Part shown: positions 36,668 to 50,116 of the stretch, piece after piece
How the letters are laid out: each line of letters opens with the position of its first letter
Position numbering within the stretch: the first letter of the stretch is position 1
Source: Lepidodermella squamata
Taxonomy: Eukaryota > Animalia > Gastrotricha
Length of the DNA stretch: 64,000 nt
Reading direction: 5' to 3'
NCBI GenBank assembly: GCA_047495785.1
Contig: JBLDXI010000066.1
Span: 496,001 to 560,000, forward strand
Position numbers and translations under genes: made by a program
Notes under the pieces: model-generated
What the model saw: only the letters and a program-made list of their open reading frames with translations
Databases searched by the model: none
What the model was told of the DNA's origin: nothing

Positions 36668-37580
36668 GGCTAGGAAAATGCTTGCGAATTATGAGTGAGG
36701 AAATCGTCCCTCGGCGTGCCTTTTATTGGGTATCAGGCCGGGTAGCTAGACATCCCGCAAAACTGACCTTAATTGCTATTGAGACGAGCGGATAATCTGC
36801 ACTGGCCAAATGACTCCGAGCGTCATACTTTTAGGTTTTAGTAATTGATGTCTATGAACTACTAATGACGCCTATGCAGCCTGTTTGTTTCTACTTGGGA
36901 CTTCCGATAGGCAATTACAAAAAGAAAGTATAATCCTCCCTTGATCTCGCGGACTTTTCTGACCTGGTTTTCACGGGCGAATGTTTACATGTACCTGTCT
37001 TTGATAAACAAAGAAACGGGTGTGTTTTGGGTGCGCACCCTGAATCTAAGGTTCGATAGCTTTATTTGGGACTGCAGCTCTATAGGTTTCCAAATGATAT
37101 AGCATTCAATCCTAAAAGATGGATCTCACTATTTCGCCTATTTTCAGCTATCAGCAGTCAGTTTACGAGTTATACTCCAACGTGCGGGACCGATATCGAT
37201 ATCCTAGTATCGATTTTACAGATTTTTCCGATCAGCAGTCTAGGATACCACTATTGAGTATGCCTGAGGGTACAAAGTGGCTAAAATACAAAATCTAAGA
37301 GTTACAGGTTACAGGGGCGTCATCGTCGTTATTTTCATCTTTCAGCTTTCAGTTCGCGAATTTTAGGAATTTACGCAAATCTGCTGTCGATGAAACAAAT
37401 GTTTCCACCCACTGCTATTGATAAATTATTTACAACTCGTACCCCTTGGCTGCAAGCTTTACGTGATGTTGTATGCTGCTAAATAAATCGATCGCCATTG
37501 TGCTGGCGCTTTCTATACCGAAAAATGCTTCTGGAATAGTGAAACCGTGAGATAGTACCTAAAATCTATCATCGTTTAAA

Positions 37581-38293
37581 ATGTTGATTTTCCCATCTTT
37601 ACTCGTTCCCATTTTTGCGGCTTATTATTACATGCCAACTGATGCGGAGCCAGAACAGGAAATTCTCCTCAGTAAGAACGTGAACTCATTCTAGATTTTC
37701 ACTATTTTTCAAATTTTTTTCGATTTTTTTGAGGTTATCATTAAACCCGAGAATCAATTCTTCCTATCATAATTTTGAAAACATTTTTTTTAACAGTTGA
37801 CCTGAAGTATCCAAATTGGTGCCGGCTATTGACCCCGATTCAGGTCGAACCGGATCAAAAAGTTGTAGTTTACGCAAACTCCAGCCTAACGCCGCCAAGC
37901 TGCTCAATCCAACTCATCGCCGGGACGAATGATAGCAACTACCGATTTGCCATGGATTGGACGCGAAAATGGAATTCAAGCCTATACAACCAAAAAACGA
38001 ACTTCAACCTAGAAACGCGATGCAAGCTAAACGACAATTGGACCTTGGTTACGGGCGATAACGAGCCGGATCAATATGTGAAAATTACCATCAATAACCC
38101 GTTGAAGCAACGCGTTGATTTCGAACTTGTGCTATCGGCTAGGCAAAAGCCGCAGAAGCAGGAAATGAATTATTTCGCGATTGGCCTAGCTATTGGCCTC
38201 GTTGTAGCTGGTTTGCCGTGTATAATCATCGGAATTGTCGTTGGTATCTGGCTGTTTCGAGTTAACCGCCGCAATTATCGAGGATATTATTGA
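37581..38293 (+). CDS. Single-pass membrane family copy F
   Basis: Exon 1 37581-37671; phase-1 intron; exon 2 37797-38293 IDLKYPNWC...SCSIQL...LETR...W; TM; tail NYRGYY*. Confidence 0.8.
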
Positions 38294-39119
38294 AAATTTC
38301 GAAATAAAATAAAATAAAAATCGAATATAATTACGTTTCATTTTAAAAAATGAGTTCCTATCCCTTATTCCAAATTTAAAAAAAACAAAAGTTGGCTATC
38401 AATAAAAATTAATTTAAAAATTAAATTGAATTGGGAAAATGCATGGGAAAATATTTTCGAAATTTCGAAATTAATTTTAATTAAAAATTGAAAATTAAAT
38501 TAATTTTGAATTTTTTATTCAATTTTTTGAAATTTCGAAAATATTATTTTCACGTGACCTTTGTTTAATTCGTCCATTCCCAGGGATGAGTCACTTATTG
38601 CCGAGATCTGAGGCCTATGTTAATTGGTCTGACATTCAACCTAAACAGATTATCATCATGTGTGTCACTTTTGAATCAAATTACTGCAAATATTATTATA
38701 ACTATCCAACTCATCGGCCGTTATTCATCCGTGAAAGCAAACTCCTGCATTCGTATGGTGCTATACACATATGAATGTACCATGAGAGCCGTCAGTGCAT
38801 CGTATAATATTAAGGCTATAGACCTTTTATTATACTATACATTTTTAGGTATACAAGCATACACACACGTTTTTTATGCGTAAATGCCATCTGTTGTGAA
38901 AACCTTGTATAATATTAGTAATAAGCACTTGTATTGGAATAATTTCCACTATTCTCACCTTATCACACCGCCTTACAGAAAACATGTGTGTGTGTAATAA
39001 CAAAATTTCAATCCCAACATTTCTATTTTCAATACGATTTTTGTTTTATTTAGGAATGATTTTAGAGTAGTTGGTTTTAGGTCTTTTCTTTTGGTATTTT
39101 AATTTTCTTTCTGCTTTCA

Positions 39120-40999
39120 ATGATACTGGATTGGAGGGAACTTTTATCGCTGCATCGGCTCGCCATCACCAGTTTATTATTTCTCCTTTTTCGGGTTTGC
39201 CGCAGCGATGACTACACAGAACGTGATCTTCAAGGTAAAAATGGCTCTTTTTTTTCAAAATCGTAAAAAAGTCCAATTTTTAGAGACAATTTTTTTACGA
39301 CATTCACGAAATAAAATAAAATTATTTGTAATTTTCACACATTAAAAAAATCCACCTAAAAATTTGACCCAATTTTTCTGTAAAATTTTCAAAAATATTT
39401 TGAAAGAAAAATTCGTGGGGCGTCAACTCATCCGCGGTCAACTCGTCCGCGACAACTCATCCGCGACAACTCGTCCAGCGACAACTCATCCGAAATTAAA
39501 TAAATATGTTAATAATTATTTTTAGTGACAACTCATCCGGTGACAACTGGTCCGGCCCGGCCAAGTTGTCGCGGATGAGTTGACACTATAATTAAATAAT
39601 TAATATTTTTTTAATTTTTACAATTTTCGGACAACTCGTCCACGGACAAGTCATCCGCGACAACTCATCCTGAATTTACTAACTCATGTTATATTTCGAA
39701 TTTCGGACGAGTTGACCGTGGACGAGTTGTCCGAAAATTGTAAAAATTAAAAAATAATTAATTATTTAATTTTAGTGTCAACTCATCCGCGGCAACTCGG
39801 CCGGGCCGGACCAGTTGTCACCGGATGAGTTGTCACTAAAAATAATTATTAACATATTTATTTAATTTCGGATGAGTTGTCGCTGGACGAGTTGTCGCGG
39901 ATGAGTTGTCACCGGATGACTTGTCGCGGACGAGTTGACATTTCACCGAAAAATTATCAAGTTTTGAATTAATTTACAAAAGAAATTTTCTAATATTCCT
40001 TGAATTTCGACGAATTTCGTCTTTCAAAGGGACCACAATTAGCAACACGCCCCAATTAAATCGAGATTCCAGCACTGAATTATCCATGCGTCCTAACTGG
40101 CACTGAAATTTCTTGGATTTCAATTCTTTTATCGATACTAATTGAACCTATGACCCAATTTAATTACCAGGTCCGAGACGGACGCATTGAAAATGATTCC
40201 ACCCATCGGATATCGGATATCCATCACATGCTAATATCGGAAAAATCACCGATTTTTGAAATCGATATCGATATATTATAAAGTATAATTCATCTTAATT
40301 GACCGCCGTTAATAAATTATTCCTAGATCCAAAATAATTTTTACTGGAACCCTAAATTTGGATTGTCAACTTTTCAATTTCAAATTAAATTTTATTCAAA
40401 GTTTCAAATTTCAATGTCAATTTTTTATAATTTACCTTAATTTTTAATAATTTTATAACTTTTGAAAATGATCGATTTTTTTTGCTGTGATTGCAGTCGA
40501 TCTTTCAACCAATTCCTGGTGCAATAGGCCCGATCCGGTTACAATAGTTCCCTTTCAGTTGGCTTTCATCTTCTCAAACAAGGCCGCCACGCCGCCGCGG
40601 TGCTCGCTAACGTTCCAAGCCGGCAAAAAGACAACAGGATCGCTCTACCTCAAATGGCGGCGCGACTTCAACGACCAAGCCGACCTAATAGTCGAAACGC
40701 GGCCGTCTATCAACGACTCGTGGTCTAGCTTGAAGCTGAACGACAACGTGCGAAGTGATACATACCTTAGACTAACACTGGTGAACGACGCGAGGCGGCG
40801 GCTTGATTTTCGAGTCGATTTATCAGCCGAAATGCGGGATGAGTACATTGGAATTAGGGTCATGCTGTTTTTCGTCGTCATGGGCCCAACTCTCGTATTG
40901 ACAACGTTCATTTTTGTGTACTACTGGCGCAAAGATCGAGTCTACAACCAAGGTTACTTACCTGTAGCTACGTCAGATAGCTTCTATGAAGATTTCTAG
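39120..40999 (+). CDS. Single-pass membrane family copy G
   Basis: Exon 2 40497-40999 VDLSTNSWC...RCSLTF...VETR...W; TM; tail VYNQGYLPV...FYEDF*. Candidate exon 1 39120-39234 (hydrophobic, phase-1 donor) is less certain. Confidence 0.7.
39413..39948. mobile_element. Foldback-like palindromic element with GACAACTC[AG]TCC subrepeats
   Basis: The two arms (about 39420-39645 and 39715-39940) are near-perfect reverse complements, each with many 12-13-bp motifs. Confidence 0.85.
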
Positions 41000-41796
41000 C
41001 TATTTCTCTAGCATTTTTCCTCAATTTTTCGCTCACTATATTATTTTAAATTGAAATGCTAATAGTCTTTTTCTATCAAAATTAGAGATGAGAATAAAAT
41101 CGAAGATAAAATTTTACTTTTTTTCCGAATAGACCTCGGTTATGGCTCAGCTGCTGATAGGATTCGATCGATTTTTCGCAGAATAATTAACTGATTTGTA
41201 TGAATTAAAGTAACAAAAATTGATGTTTGTTTTTGAAAAAAATAATAAAATTAAAATTGGACATTTCTCCTTGAATTTTGAATTGTTGACACGGCCATCA
41301 GGTTAATTGCATCAAGTCAGCAGAAAATCGCGGCGGAAAAATTCTAATTTTCGAACTTCAAAAGAGTTCAACATCGGAAAGCTGCAAAATTCACCCAAAA
41401 TGTACAGCGTTTCCCATAAAAAAATTCAATTTCGAAATTTTTTGTAGAAAATTCCTCCAATTGTTTTTTAATTAAAACTACCGGGAGAACCTTCTATTCA
41501 CTGATATCAACGATTATACCGGACAATAAAAACAATTTACCGGTAAATCCCGATGGTTTGGTAATTTTTGGTATTTTGCCCTGTCACATCAAATTTCCGT
41601 GGAATTTGTTAATCCCGCTTCAAAGTAAAATACTTCATCGCTCTTCTTTTTGCACTTTGCAACTTTTTAAGGATCTTTTGGCCATCATTTTTTATTTTAG
41701 AGTTTCTGATTCATTTTCCGTGTGAAAAAACCAAAATTTTACTGAAATTTTATGTATACTGGTCAACAATTGTTTAGGTCATTTCAGAACTTAATT

Positions 41797-42147
41797 CACG
41801 GTGAGCGGAACCTAATTTGCTGTAGCGGAAACAAACTCGAAATATGTAACGAGTCACTTTTCGAATAATTTCAGGAATTAGAGGCATAACATGACTTAAA
41901 AATTTTACGCTGAATTTTACGGCAATTACATTGGTCAACCATAATACCCTTGAAAATTCCGAAAAGTTGTATTCAGCCCATTAAGCATTTTAAAGTTTGC
42001 ATGCCATTTTGGTTCCACTTTAGGTTCCGCTCACTGTTAATTTAGTTTCGAAAAAAGGATAACCCATTTTTAAATTCAGCGGAATTTCTGCGCAAGGCGT
42101 ATTTCAAGTTAGGTTCCGCATGATACAATTAGGTTCTGCTCACCGTG
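41797..42147. mobile_element. MITE (PIF/Harbinger-like termini)
   Basis: TIR cacggtgagc(g/a)gaacctaatt; internal gcggaacct repeats. Confidence 0.65.
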
Positions 42148-42630
42148 AATTGGGTTCCTCTAAAAATAATCCTATAATTTTTTTTCTATAATTATTTTTA
42201 TTAACGAAATGCCCCCTAAAACGTAAGGGTAATTTTGAATTTTATTATCGAGGATCAAAAGCCAGTCTTAATTAAAGGAAATTCAATATTTGAGACAAAG
42301 GTGCGCAAGGTTATTTTTTGTTAAATTATTGTAAATTTAGGTGATTTGAACGATTTTCAAGTGAAATTTCGGGAGAAAATTTTGACAGATGATTGTCAAA
42401 CATGTTCCTGAAGCGCTACTGGATGGGTAAAAAAATTCTCAATTTTATTTGTGATTAAAAAACGTCGATTTATTCAAAAATAACTGTTTATTTTCTGATT
42501 CCGTTCGAAATATACGCCTGTGAAAATAAGCGTAATTCGTATCATATCAAATCAGCACATTATTGCAAATGAGCAGAAATCAAAATTATTTAAATTTCAA
42601 AATAATCACGAATAATTCGCGCGCGTATGT

Positions 42631-43145
42631 TCACATCACGAAATACGCAGCGATGAGTAACGCAGCCGTAATTGCGGCCTTGGCACTAGCCATAGTCACG
42701 TGACCAGCGGTGTTGCACAGGTCGGTGTTGCAGTAGCACGACGTGCTGGCGGCGCCTGCAATCGTCGTTGTTTTGCAGTCGAGCCCTAGTCCGGGGTCGG
42801 TTTTCAGGCACGCCTTCGATGTGCCTTCGAGGCCGGCTATTTCAGCGACGACTTTCTGGCAAACTACGCAGCCATCAACCTCGTCATACTTGGTATCGCT
42901 AGTTCCTTGATAGCACTTGATGGCAGCTAAATTCATAGAAAATACATAAATAAGCTTATTTTTCAGCTTTTACTTGGAATAAGTGAATAATTCGTTGGAA
43001 TGCCCGATTAATTTTGCTATCAATTAAATCAATAAAATTTTCACCCACAAGATGGCACATTTAAAAATTATTATAGGTAGTATTTATTACCTGTGCATGC
43101 AATTAAAGCAGCAACCAGTATTACAAAATAAGCGGAACGAGCCAT
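42631..43145 (-). CDS. Ly6/uPAR three-finger protein, predicted GPI-anchored (copy 1)
   Basis: Exon 1 43145-43091 MARSAYFVILVAALIACT; exon 2 42926-42631 IKCYQG...C..CQK...C...C...CYCNTDLCN followed by a hydrophobic C-terminal tail. Confidence 0.9.
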
Positions 43146-43996
43146 TTGCACCTTTTTTTTTTTATCAAAAAACACAAAAATAGGTTTGTAATATTATAAG
43201 CTCAATGGTGGGACTTGCTATACATCGGAGATAAAGCCGATTATTCTAGCCTTATCACAAGGGACAAATATATTCCTTATCTAACTCGCGGCTATTCCAT
43301 ATCATTGTTTCCATTTATTTATTTCTCATTTTTAGTGGAACCCGTCACAGTTCTGACCATGCGAGTCCTATACTTGAGCTTTTTGAGCGATGGAAAGGAT
43401 AAATTAAATTTTATTTTTAGTCGAATTCAATTTTGATGATTTTTTACATTTACCAATAATTTTTACAAATTTCAAAAAATTCACACACAACACTACTACT
43501 TAGGTATCTAGTTTTTGTATTCCAAGTCGGCAAAAGTTTTTTTAGGTTAATTCCATATCAATGCCGCCGACGATCAAAAACAGGTTTTCGAAACAACACT
43601 AAGCAATTTACTTCTGATAGAGCATAACATAATTTAAGGGGGAACTTATAGTTCGGAAACTAAAACCCATGCTAAATGGGGCTCCTTTTCGTTACCTGTA
43701 AGGTTTACTGGCTTGATATTTATTGTCGAAGCAATGTCCAGGTATGCAAGCATAATCTCGGATCTCGGCCTAGAATCATAGTTCTAGCAATTTGAGAGCT
43801 GAGAGCTGTGCGAAAATATTATATGGGATTAAAAAACCCTGAAAAATGCCGCACCTGTTCGGTGTTTTCCGGATTTTTTCCGGTATATTTTTGGTTTGAA
43901 ATTACCAAAAATCAGGCAAAAATTCTCAACCTTGGTAGGCAAATCGGAAACAATCTTGTCCACCTTTGCTTCAAATTTCAGAATTTTTCCTTGAAC

Positions 43997-44704
43997 CAGT
44001 GACTTTGATTTGATTTGATTTGATTTCTTCAGTAAATCACAGGTCTTGTTATATCAATGATTTCAAATCAAATCACCAAAGATTCATACAGAGGCGTAGC
44101 CAGGATTTATTTTTGGGGGGTGATAATTTTTTTTACCTGCGGCTTCGAAAATTTCGGGGTCTAAAAAACACCTAAAAACCTATTTGCGAGCGAAGCAAGC
44201 TTAAGCTGACGCTTTTTTGGGCATTTTCAAGCTGAAAATAGCCTTAGAATGCGTTAAAAGTTGCATTGTTCACAGAAAATTTGTAACCGGAGACCACTTT
44301 TCAGGATTTCTTTGGGGGTGTTTAACACCCAACCCCCCCCCCCCCCCCTCTCCCCCCCTGTCTACGCCTCTGAATCCATAGTAAATCAATCAAAGCAAAT
44401 CTTCCGCCCAGCGAAATATGAGTATTAGGGTACATTTCTAGAGATTCTTTCACATTTTAAGGCTGGTTATGGCAGAATGAGTCTAAAAGTAGTTAAATTG
44501 CTCCAGACATTGGAAAACAGGTGTTTCCAAGGCAAATGTGAGTTCTCATGTTTAGCAACAGGGGGAGTTCCGAGAGTGTTGAATAGGTACTCTTAAATCA
44601 TCAGTAAATCAACGGGGCTAAATCATTTGCAAATCAAATCATCTTTACTTTTGTAAATCAAATCATCAAAAAATGGCCTAAATCAAATCAAATCAAAGTC
44701 CCTG
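43997..44704. mobile_element. hAT-type MITE containing a nested MITE (44089-44372)
   Basis: TIR cag(t/g)gactttgatttgatttgattt; TSD ccttgaac / cgttgaac; inner TIR cagaggcgtag / ctacgcctctg. Confidence 0.8.
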
Positions 44705-44817
44705 CGTTGAACCCCTTGAATTGTGGACCAGACCAAGTGTTTTAGAATTTATTTTACGAGTTCCATGTTCCAAATTCGAATTTGATTTTTTCACTAATAA
44801 AGTCTCGCATTTTTTGT

Positions 44818-45258
44818 TTACATGACGAAATAGGCAGCAATGAACATCGATGCTGTAACAGCGGCTTTAGCGCTGATTGCCACGTGGCTAGTAGCGGTGT
44901 TGCACATGTCGGTGTCGCAGTAGCACATTATTTCGCTGCCGCCGGTAACCGATTGCGACTTGCAATCGAGCGCGTAACCGGAGTCGAACTTGAGGCAGTC
45001 TTTTGTTGTAAGTTCTCTGCCGTCAATCACGTCTACAATTTTCTGGCAAATAGCACAGCCGTCGACCTTCTCGTACTGCGTGCTGCTGAATCCTTTGTAA
45101 CACCTTATTGCAGCTAAATTACAGCAGAAAAATAAAACATTGTATTCGTAAATAATTCGTTAAAAAATCAGAAAAATTCAAATAATATAAAATACTGATT
45201 TACCAGAGCAGGTGATCACGGCGGCGAACAGCGTTACGAAATAAGTGAACCGAGCCAT
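44818..45258 (-). CDS. Ly6/uPAR three-finger protein, predicted GPI-anchored (copy 2)
   Basis: Exon 1 MARFTYFVTLFAAVITCS; exon 2 IRCYKG...CAICQK...CYCDTDMCN...FIAAYFVM*. Confidence 0.9.
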
Positions 45259-45551
45259 TGTTAAACAAACTTTTCTGGAGGACCGAAGTTACGTTTTCAC
45301 ATTATGATTTAATCTGCTGGCAGGCTCCTTTTAAGTGTGACTTGTTCTCTTATCATGAGCCTTTTTTGAATCAGCAATTTAACCACGGACCGCGGACCGA
45401 TCACAATGTTGCCTAATATGCGTAGGTGATAACAACAGAAATTGGCTGTAAACGCGTTTTTGATAATTTTCCAGCGAAATTCGAGATAGGCAGCGTAATT
45501 CAGGCTCATGCAGTTAATAAGCCGCGCCCCCCCTCGACAACAGACTCAATA

Positions 45552-46961
45552 GTACTTACGCGGGACCAGAGAGCGAAGTACCGCTAGGGATGGTAGGGAT
45601 CATCCCTACCAATACCGGCGGTCCGTACGGTGGGCTCATTCACAGACCAAACAGACACAACCCTTAAGTCGATTTTTCTAGTCCCTACCAGTTCCGAGGT
45701 CCTACTTCGCCCTATGCGCGGGACCTTTTCAAATCTAACGGTTCCCCAACGGTTTCAACTGAGTCATTTTAGTCGGAATTCGGCGACCTTGCGCGTAATT
45801 AATTAAATGTAATAAGAGAGGAATAAACTATTTTCAAATTTAATAGAGGCCGATGCGCCTTAGTAGTAGCCAACCACAGCCGGTCTGTATTGAAAAAAGA
45901 GAAATTAAAACGTTGTAAAAATTGAAACTCACCACATGGATTTGTCTCCATATAAGCAGTATACCGCCTATGCATGAGTCACATACTTAACTAAAATCCC
46001 CGCCCCGCCATCGTCATCATCTAAATTATAAATTCTAAAGCTCAACGCAGTCTCAAGGCTCAAGGTCTCAGGCCTCAAGGCAGCAGGCAAAACACAACTG
46101 GTCCGTTTCAATGATGCACTTTTCTGATCATACAAATCGAATCACGGTTCTCAAAATCAATCGCCGATTCAAAGCCAATCGAGGTCAAAATAAGCTATCC
46201 GAAGGGAAAACCTTGAAACTCCTCAACATGAACAAGACGATTCCGTCATACATTAGAAAAAATCAAACGATCACTGGTCACGACTGAGAGGTTCGAGAAG
46301 TACGTCACTACCCGGCAATCAGCAGTCTCAAGGCTCAAGGTCTTAGTCAAACCTTGACTCTAAGAATCTAAGAAAACCCCGAGGCCGCTGCGAGTTAATG
46401 CTCCCGCGGTTGTTGAAGCTACGCGTAAACCGGTGCCACGGCCGGTCCAAAATCAGGTCTGGCATATGGAAAACTCGGCCTTCGATCTGACACCGTCGAC
46501 TATCAATATGTACACAGCCCGTCGGAACTGGTCAAAGCATTATGATGACCCTACTTCCACCTTGCCTATCTATCGCAATTTACAATTTATACTGGCGACA
46601 ACGACAGCTCGAGTCCCATATCGTCGATTTGATGGATCGGGTCGATCGCATTGACACGCAATTAGCCACCCTCATTCAATCGCATCTCGCATCATAGCTG
46701 CCCGCAAGGACTGGTCCAGATAATCGATCTTATTGACCTAACTCGGATCACCGGTACCATCTTAAATGGTTTTCCTAATGATAAGCAATCAATTTTAATT
46801 TTTTGAAATTTGGTTTCTTTCAATTAATAACTGACAAGGTCGTAGTTTTCCCGTTTAATTACGCATATATAAAGAGACACACATATGCAGAGCCCTTTTT
46901 GGGTCGTGACTCAGTTGAAACCGTTGGGGAACCGTTAGATTTGAAAAGGTCCCGCATATAC
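45552..46961. mobile_element. Non-autonomous DNA transposon with about 50-bp TIRs; left TIR interrupted by MITE 45567-45716
   Basis: gcgggaccttttcaaatctaacggttccccaacggtttcaactgagtca at both ends, inverted; the inner MITE has exact TSD cgcgggac. Confidence 0.8.
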
Positions 46962-47232
46962 TGACTTTCTATGTAAAGGTGAAAAGCTGTGGGTGATAAT
47001 TTTTTAATAATTCCGCATATTTATCAATTTTTTCCGAGTAGGTATATATTATTGGAGAACAAAACAAAGGCTTTGCAAGCAAACCATGTAAATCTTGTAA
47101 ATCAAGCTTGAGTCTCTACCGTCCTATTCCCTATTCTCTCACAGGTAGTTAATTATCGCACAGCGATATTACCGCATCATGTCATCACAATAAACAATAT
47201 TCACGCTGTAATCCGTTTCGCAGCCTGTTCAG

Positions 47233-48759
47233 TTACAGATTCCCATCGTAGGTTTCTTCAACCATTAAGTATGACGCTCCACCAAGGGTAGCCGAGTAAA
47301 TCTTGTTGAAAGCTCCCCAGCTGTTAGCTACTGTGTCGACCTTGCCAAACGTAAGTCCTATTGTTACAGCTCCAGCTGGTATCGGACCGCGGCAAATGCC
47401 CTCCACTATTTAAATTTTAGTGAATGGTCGAATTAAATTTAAGCATGCTTACCGACACTGGGCATAGCTCGACATATTCCATAAGCCAATCCGTATATGA
47501 ACCACCAGGACTCGATGCGCTGTGGGCTCGTGCAATCAGCTCCGTTGATCGTGATATAGAAGCGCGTCCCCTCATTATTGTTATTTCCATTCGTGCACAT
47601 TTCTTGCATTCCGTACCATTTTACGTGCAGGGAGGATGCGTTTTGAAGTTTGTTATACGTCCTTGTCTGAAAAAATCAGGAAACTGTAAACATGTCTCCA
47701 ATGGTTGAATAGGCTCACTGTGATAGGGCTTAAACAGGCTGAACCAGCCAGCGCTCTGCATCCTTCAGTCACAGAGTAATAACGCCGGTTGAAGTAGGGC
47801 AGAAGCAGGGAACTTCCATCATTGAGTAAAACTGAACGAGAACATCGTAAATATTTGACATGCCTTCGCTTATCAGACTTACAGACGTTGATAGGTAGGT
47901 TTTCGTGAATTTCTTCGACTATCATCCCGGATGGCTTCGTTCTCCCGATATCGATGCTACCACCAGTGCCCCCATCTGTATAGTAGGCGCAGTTGTGGTC
48001 CCACCACAGCCTGATATCGTACTTCCCAGCAGGCAAATTGCGACACACGCCATCAACTAGTCTGAGGATAATATTATTATTTTGTGGATCTCAATTAAAT
48101 TCATGACTCACCCATAGTTGGAAGGGATAGGCGCTAGAAGATCGAGGCGAAAATATGGCTTTGTTTTGCATGACCGTGACTCGCCTCGGGACATCAAAGC
48201 ACGAAGCCATTTCACCTATAACAACGCTTGTAATCGCAAAACTCGACATTTTGTATATTCCCTCACCAGCGCAGTAAGATTTGTTGTTTGGACAATCCTT
48301 TAGGCAAATAGGGGAGATGGCATCGGCTGAGGGCTGGCTGATTGCAGGACAGAAGTCGTCGCAGTCATCAATACCCGTGGTTCGGTCCGACACACCCTCG
48401 CCTATCGTTTGCGGAGTGATCAAAATTCCCGAAGTCAGATCCCCACGATCGCGATCGAACCCCATCGCTGTGTCCTTATCTGCTCTAAGAAGCCAGCATT
48501 CCAAGCGGTTCGGTACGTATAAGGCCGTGCGACAAGGCGGTGACGAGGTCGCAAGGCATCGCGTTTCGCATTGCTCCTGATTCGCGACGTTTCGACTCGC
48601 GCCTCTTATCACGTACAGATTCCAAGCTAAATCGGATGTATCAACGTTCAGCGCGATGTCCTGGGCGAGGAAGTAATTAGAGCACTTCCCTCGGAATATA
48701 AATTCAGCGGAAACATTGGAGACAAGCGTTAGTATCAGAATTGCAAAGACTTTTGCCAT
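47233..48759 (-). CDS. Secreted PAN/apple + two CTHRC1-C-terminal-like domain protein (first domain lacks its middle exon)
   Basis: Signal MAKVFAILILTLVSNVSA; PAN motif EQCETRCL...CRTALY....ECWL; domain 2 TYNKLQNASSLHVKWYG...RFYITINGADCTSPQRIE...VEGICRG.IPAG...LMVEE; domain 1 retains VDGVCRNLPAG...MIVEEI. Confidence 0.75.
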
Positions 48760-49092
48760 TTTCAGCTGTTCGTTTTGGAATTCTCGCAGTAAGTGTGACA
48801 AAAAGCGACCTCGGCTTTTTGTCCACGCAAATGGTTGACTATTGTCAACGGCGTGACTTTTCCGCTCGAGTCTGCATTTACCTCATTAAATGTTTACTCT
48901 TCTCACGTGAAAGGTAGGAAAAATGCGACAAATTCTGGTAGCGAGTTGAAAATTATGCGAATTGATGAGTATCTTTTTATAGAAATGTACCTAAATTATT
49001 AATATGCCACAAGTCGAAAGGGAAGTGTTATTCACGTTTATCTATGACAGCCCTCTGATCAACCACGATATGTTAGGGGGATTCACGTTGCA

Positions 49093-49160
49093 GGGCTGGT
49101 ATTCGAACCCAGGACCTATGTGCAACCAGTCATGAGCTTAAACAGTAAGCCAACTGTGGC
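49093..49160 (-). mobile_element. tRNA-derived SINE head / tRNA pseudogene
   Basis: Minus strand tggcttactgtttaag...gggttcgaatacc (A and B boxes); no convincing cloverleaf. Confidence 0.5.
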
Positions 49161-50116
49161 GCAGTGCGCACACAACAACCGAAGTTTGAAAATCGTGCAA
49201 TTAAGCATTAAATTCTTCTGCTCGATCATGTCTGTTTTATTTTAAAATGGCCTTCTTGGGCTTTGTATAATCTGTGGCGTGATTTTAGTCCGGCAACAAA
49301 CAAACATTACTGTTAAATGTTAAGGCTATGCTAAAATCCTGACAGTTTATTTTCGGATACTTTTTACTCAATATTTTCTCTGAAGGATGACAATTCATTA
49401 TTTATAGACTATTTCACGCTTCAACGGCAAAGCAAGCGAACAAAATGCACTATGTAAGTATGTTAGTATATTATATGTAAGTATATTATATTCATAAGCT
49501 TGCCTGTGCTAGCGAGCTGAAAAACTCGACAAATCGCCCTCTGGCGGTATGGTCGTTAACAAACTGCTGTTTCTGTGCTGCATGGCGCTATTCAATAAGT
49601 ATGACTAGGAATGAATACGAGTGATAGATCAAGCGAACGACACCCAAAGGCCTTAAATAATGAAAACTAGCAAAGAACCGACACCGGATAATGTACACGT
49701 AAAGCTGAAGAGGGATCACTCTGAGCTTTGAGGTGGTACGTCATGCCACCGGCACTCAAAGCACCGAAAACAATCTTCATTTGGATGAAGATGTCAGATA
49801 GACAGGGCGCATAAGTTTCCCTGGCTCCAGATTTATCAATATATATGTGATATATATAACCACTTAGTATATATATGATAGATACCTAAGAACCTGTAAC
49901 ATGTTGGGAGCAAAAATAAAACTAATATAACTAAAACTAAGTTTGAGGATTCAATAGGTTAAAATCAACAAAGAATATAACAGTTAGTCTATTTTCCTGT
50001 TGAGTAGTAAAATTCCATGTTTCACAGGCGTAGGTGACGGTAGGCATTACGACACATCGTAAAGAATTCCAACTGATGCTTTTTCGAGGCAAGAAATTGA
50101 GTTTTTTCCTGAATTA

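Noticed and set aside
38400-38545. AT-rich quasi-palindrome
   Set aside because: Low complexity; no clear TIR or TSD.
49093-49160. Functional tRNA gene
   Set aside because: A and B boxes are present but the stems do not form a convincing cloverleaf; treated as SINE-like.
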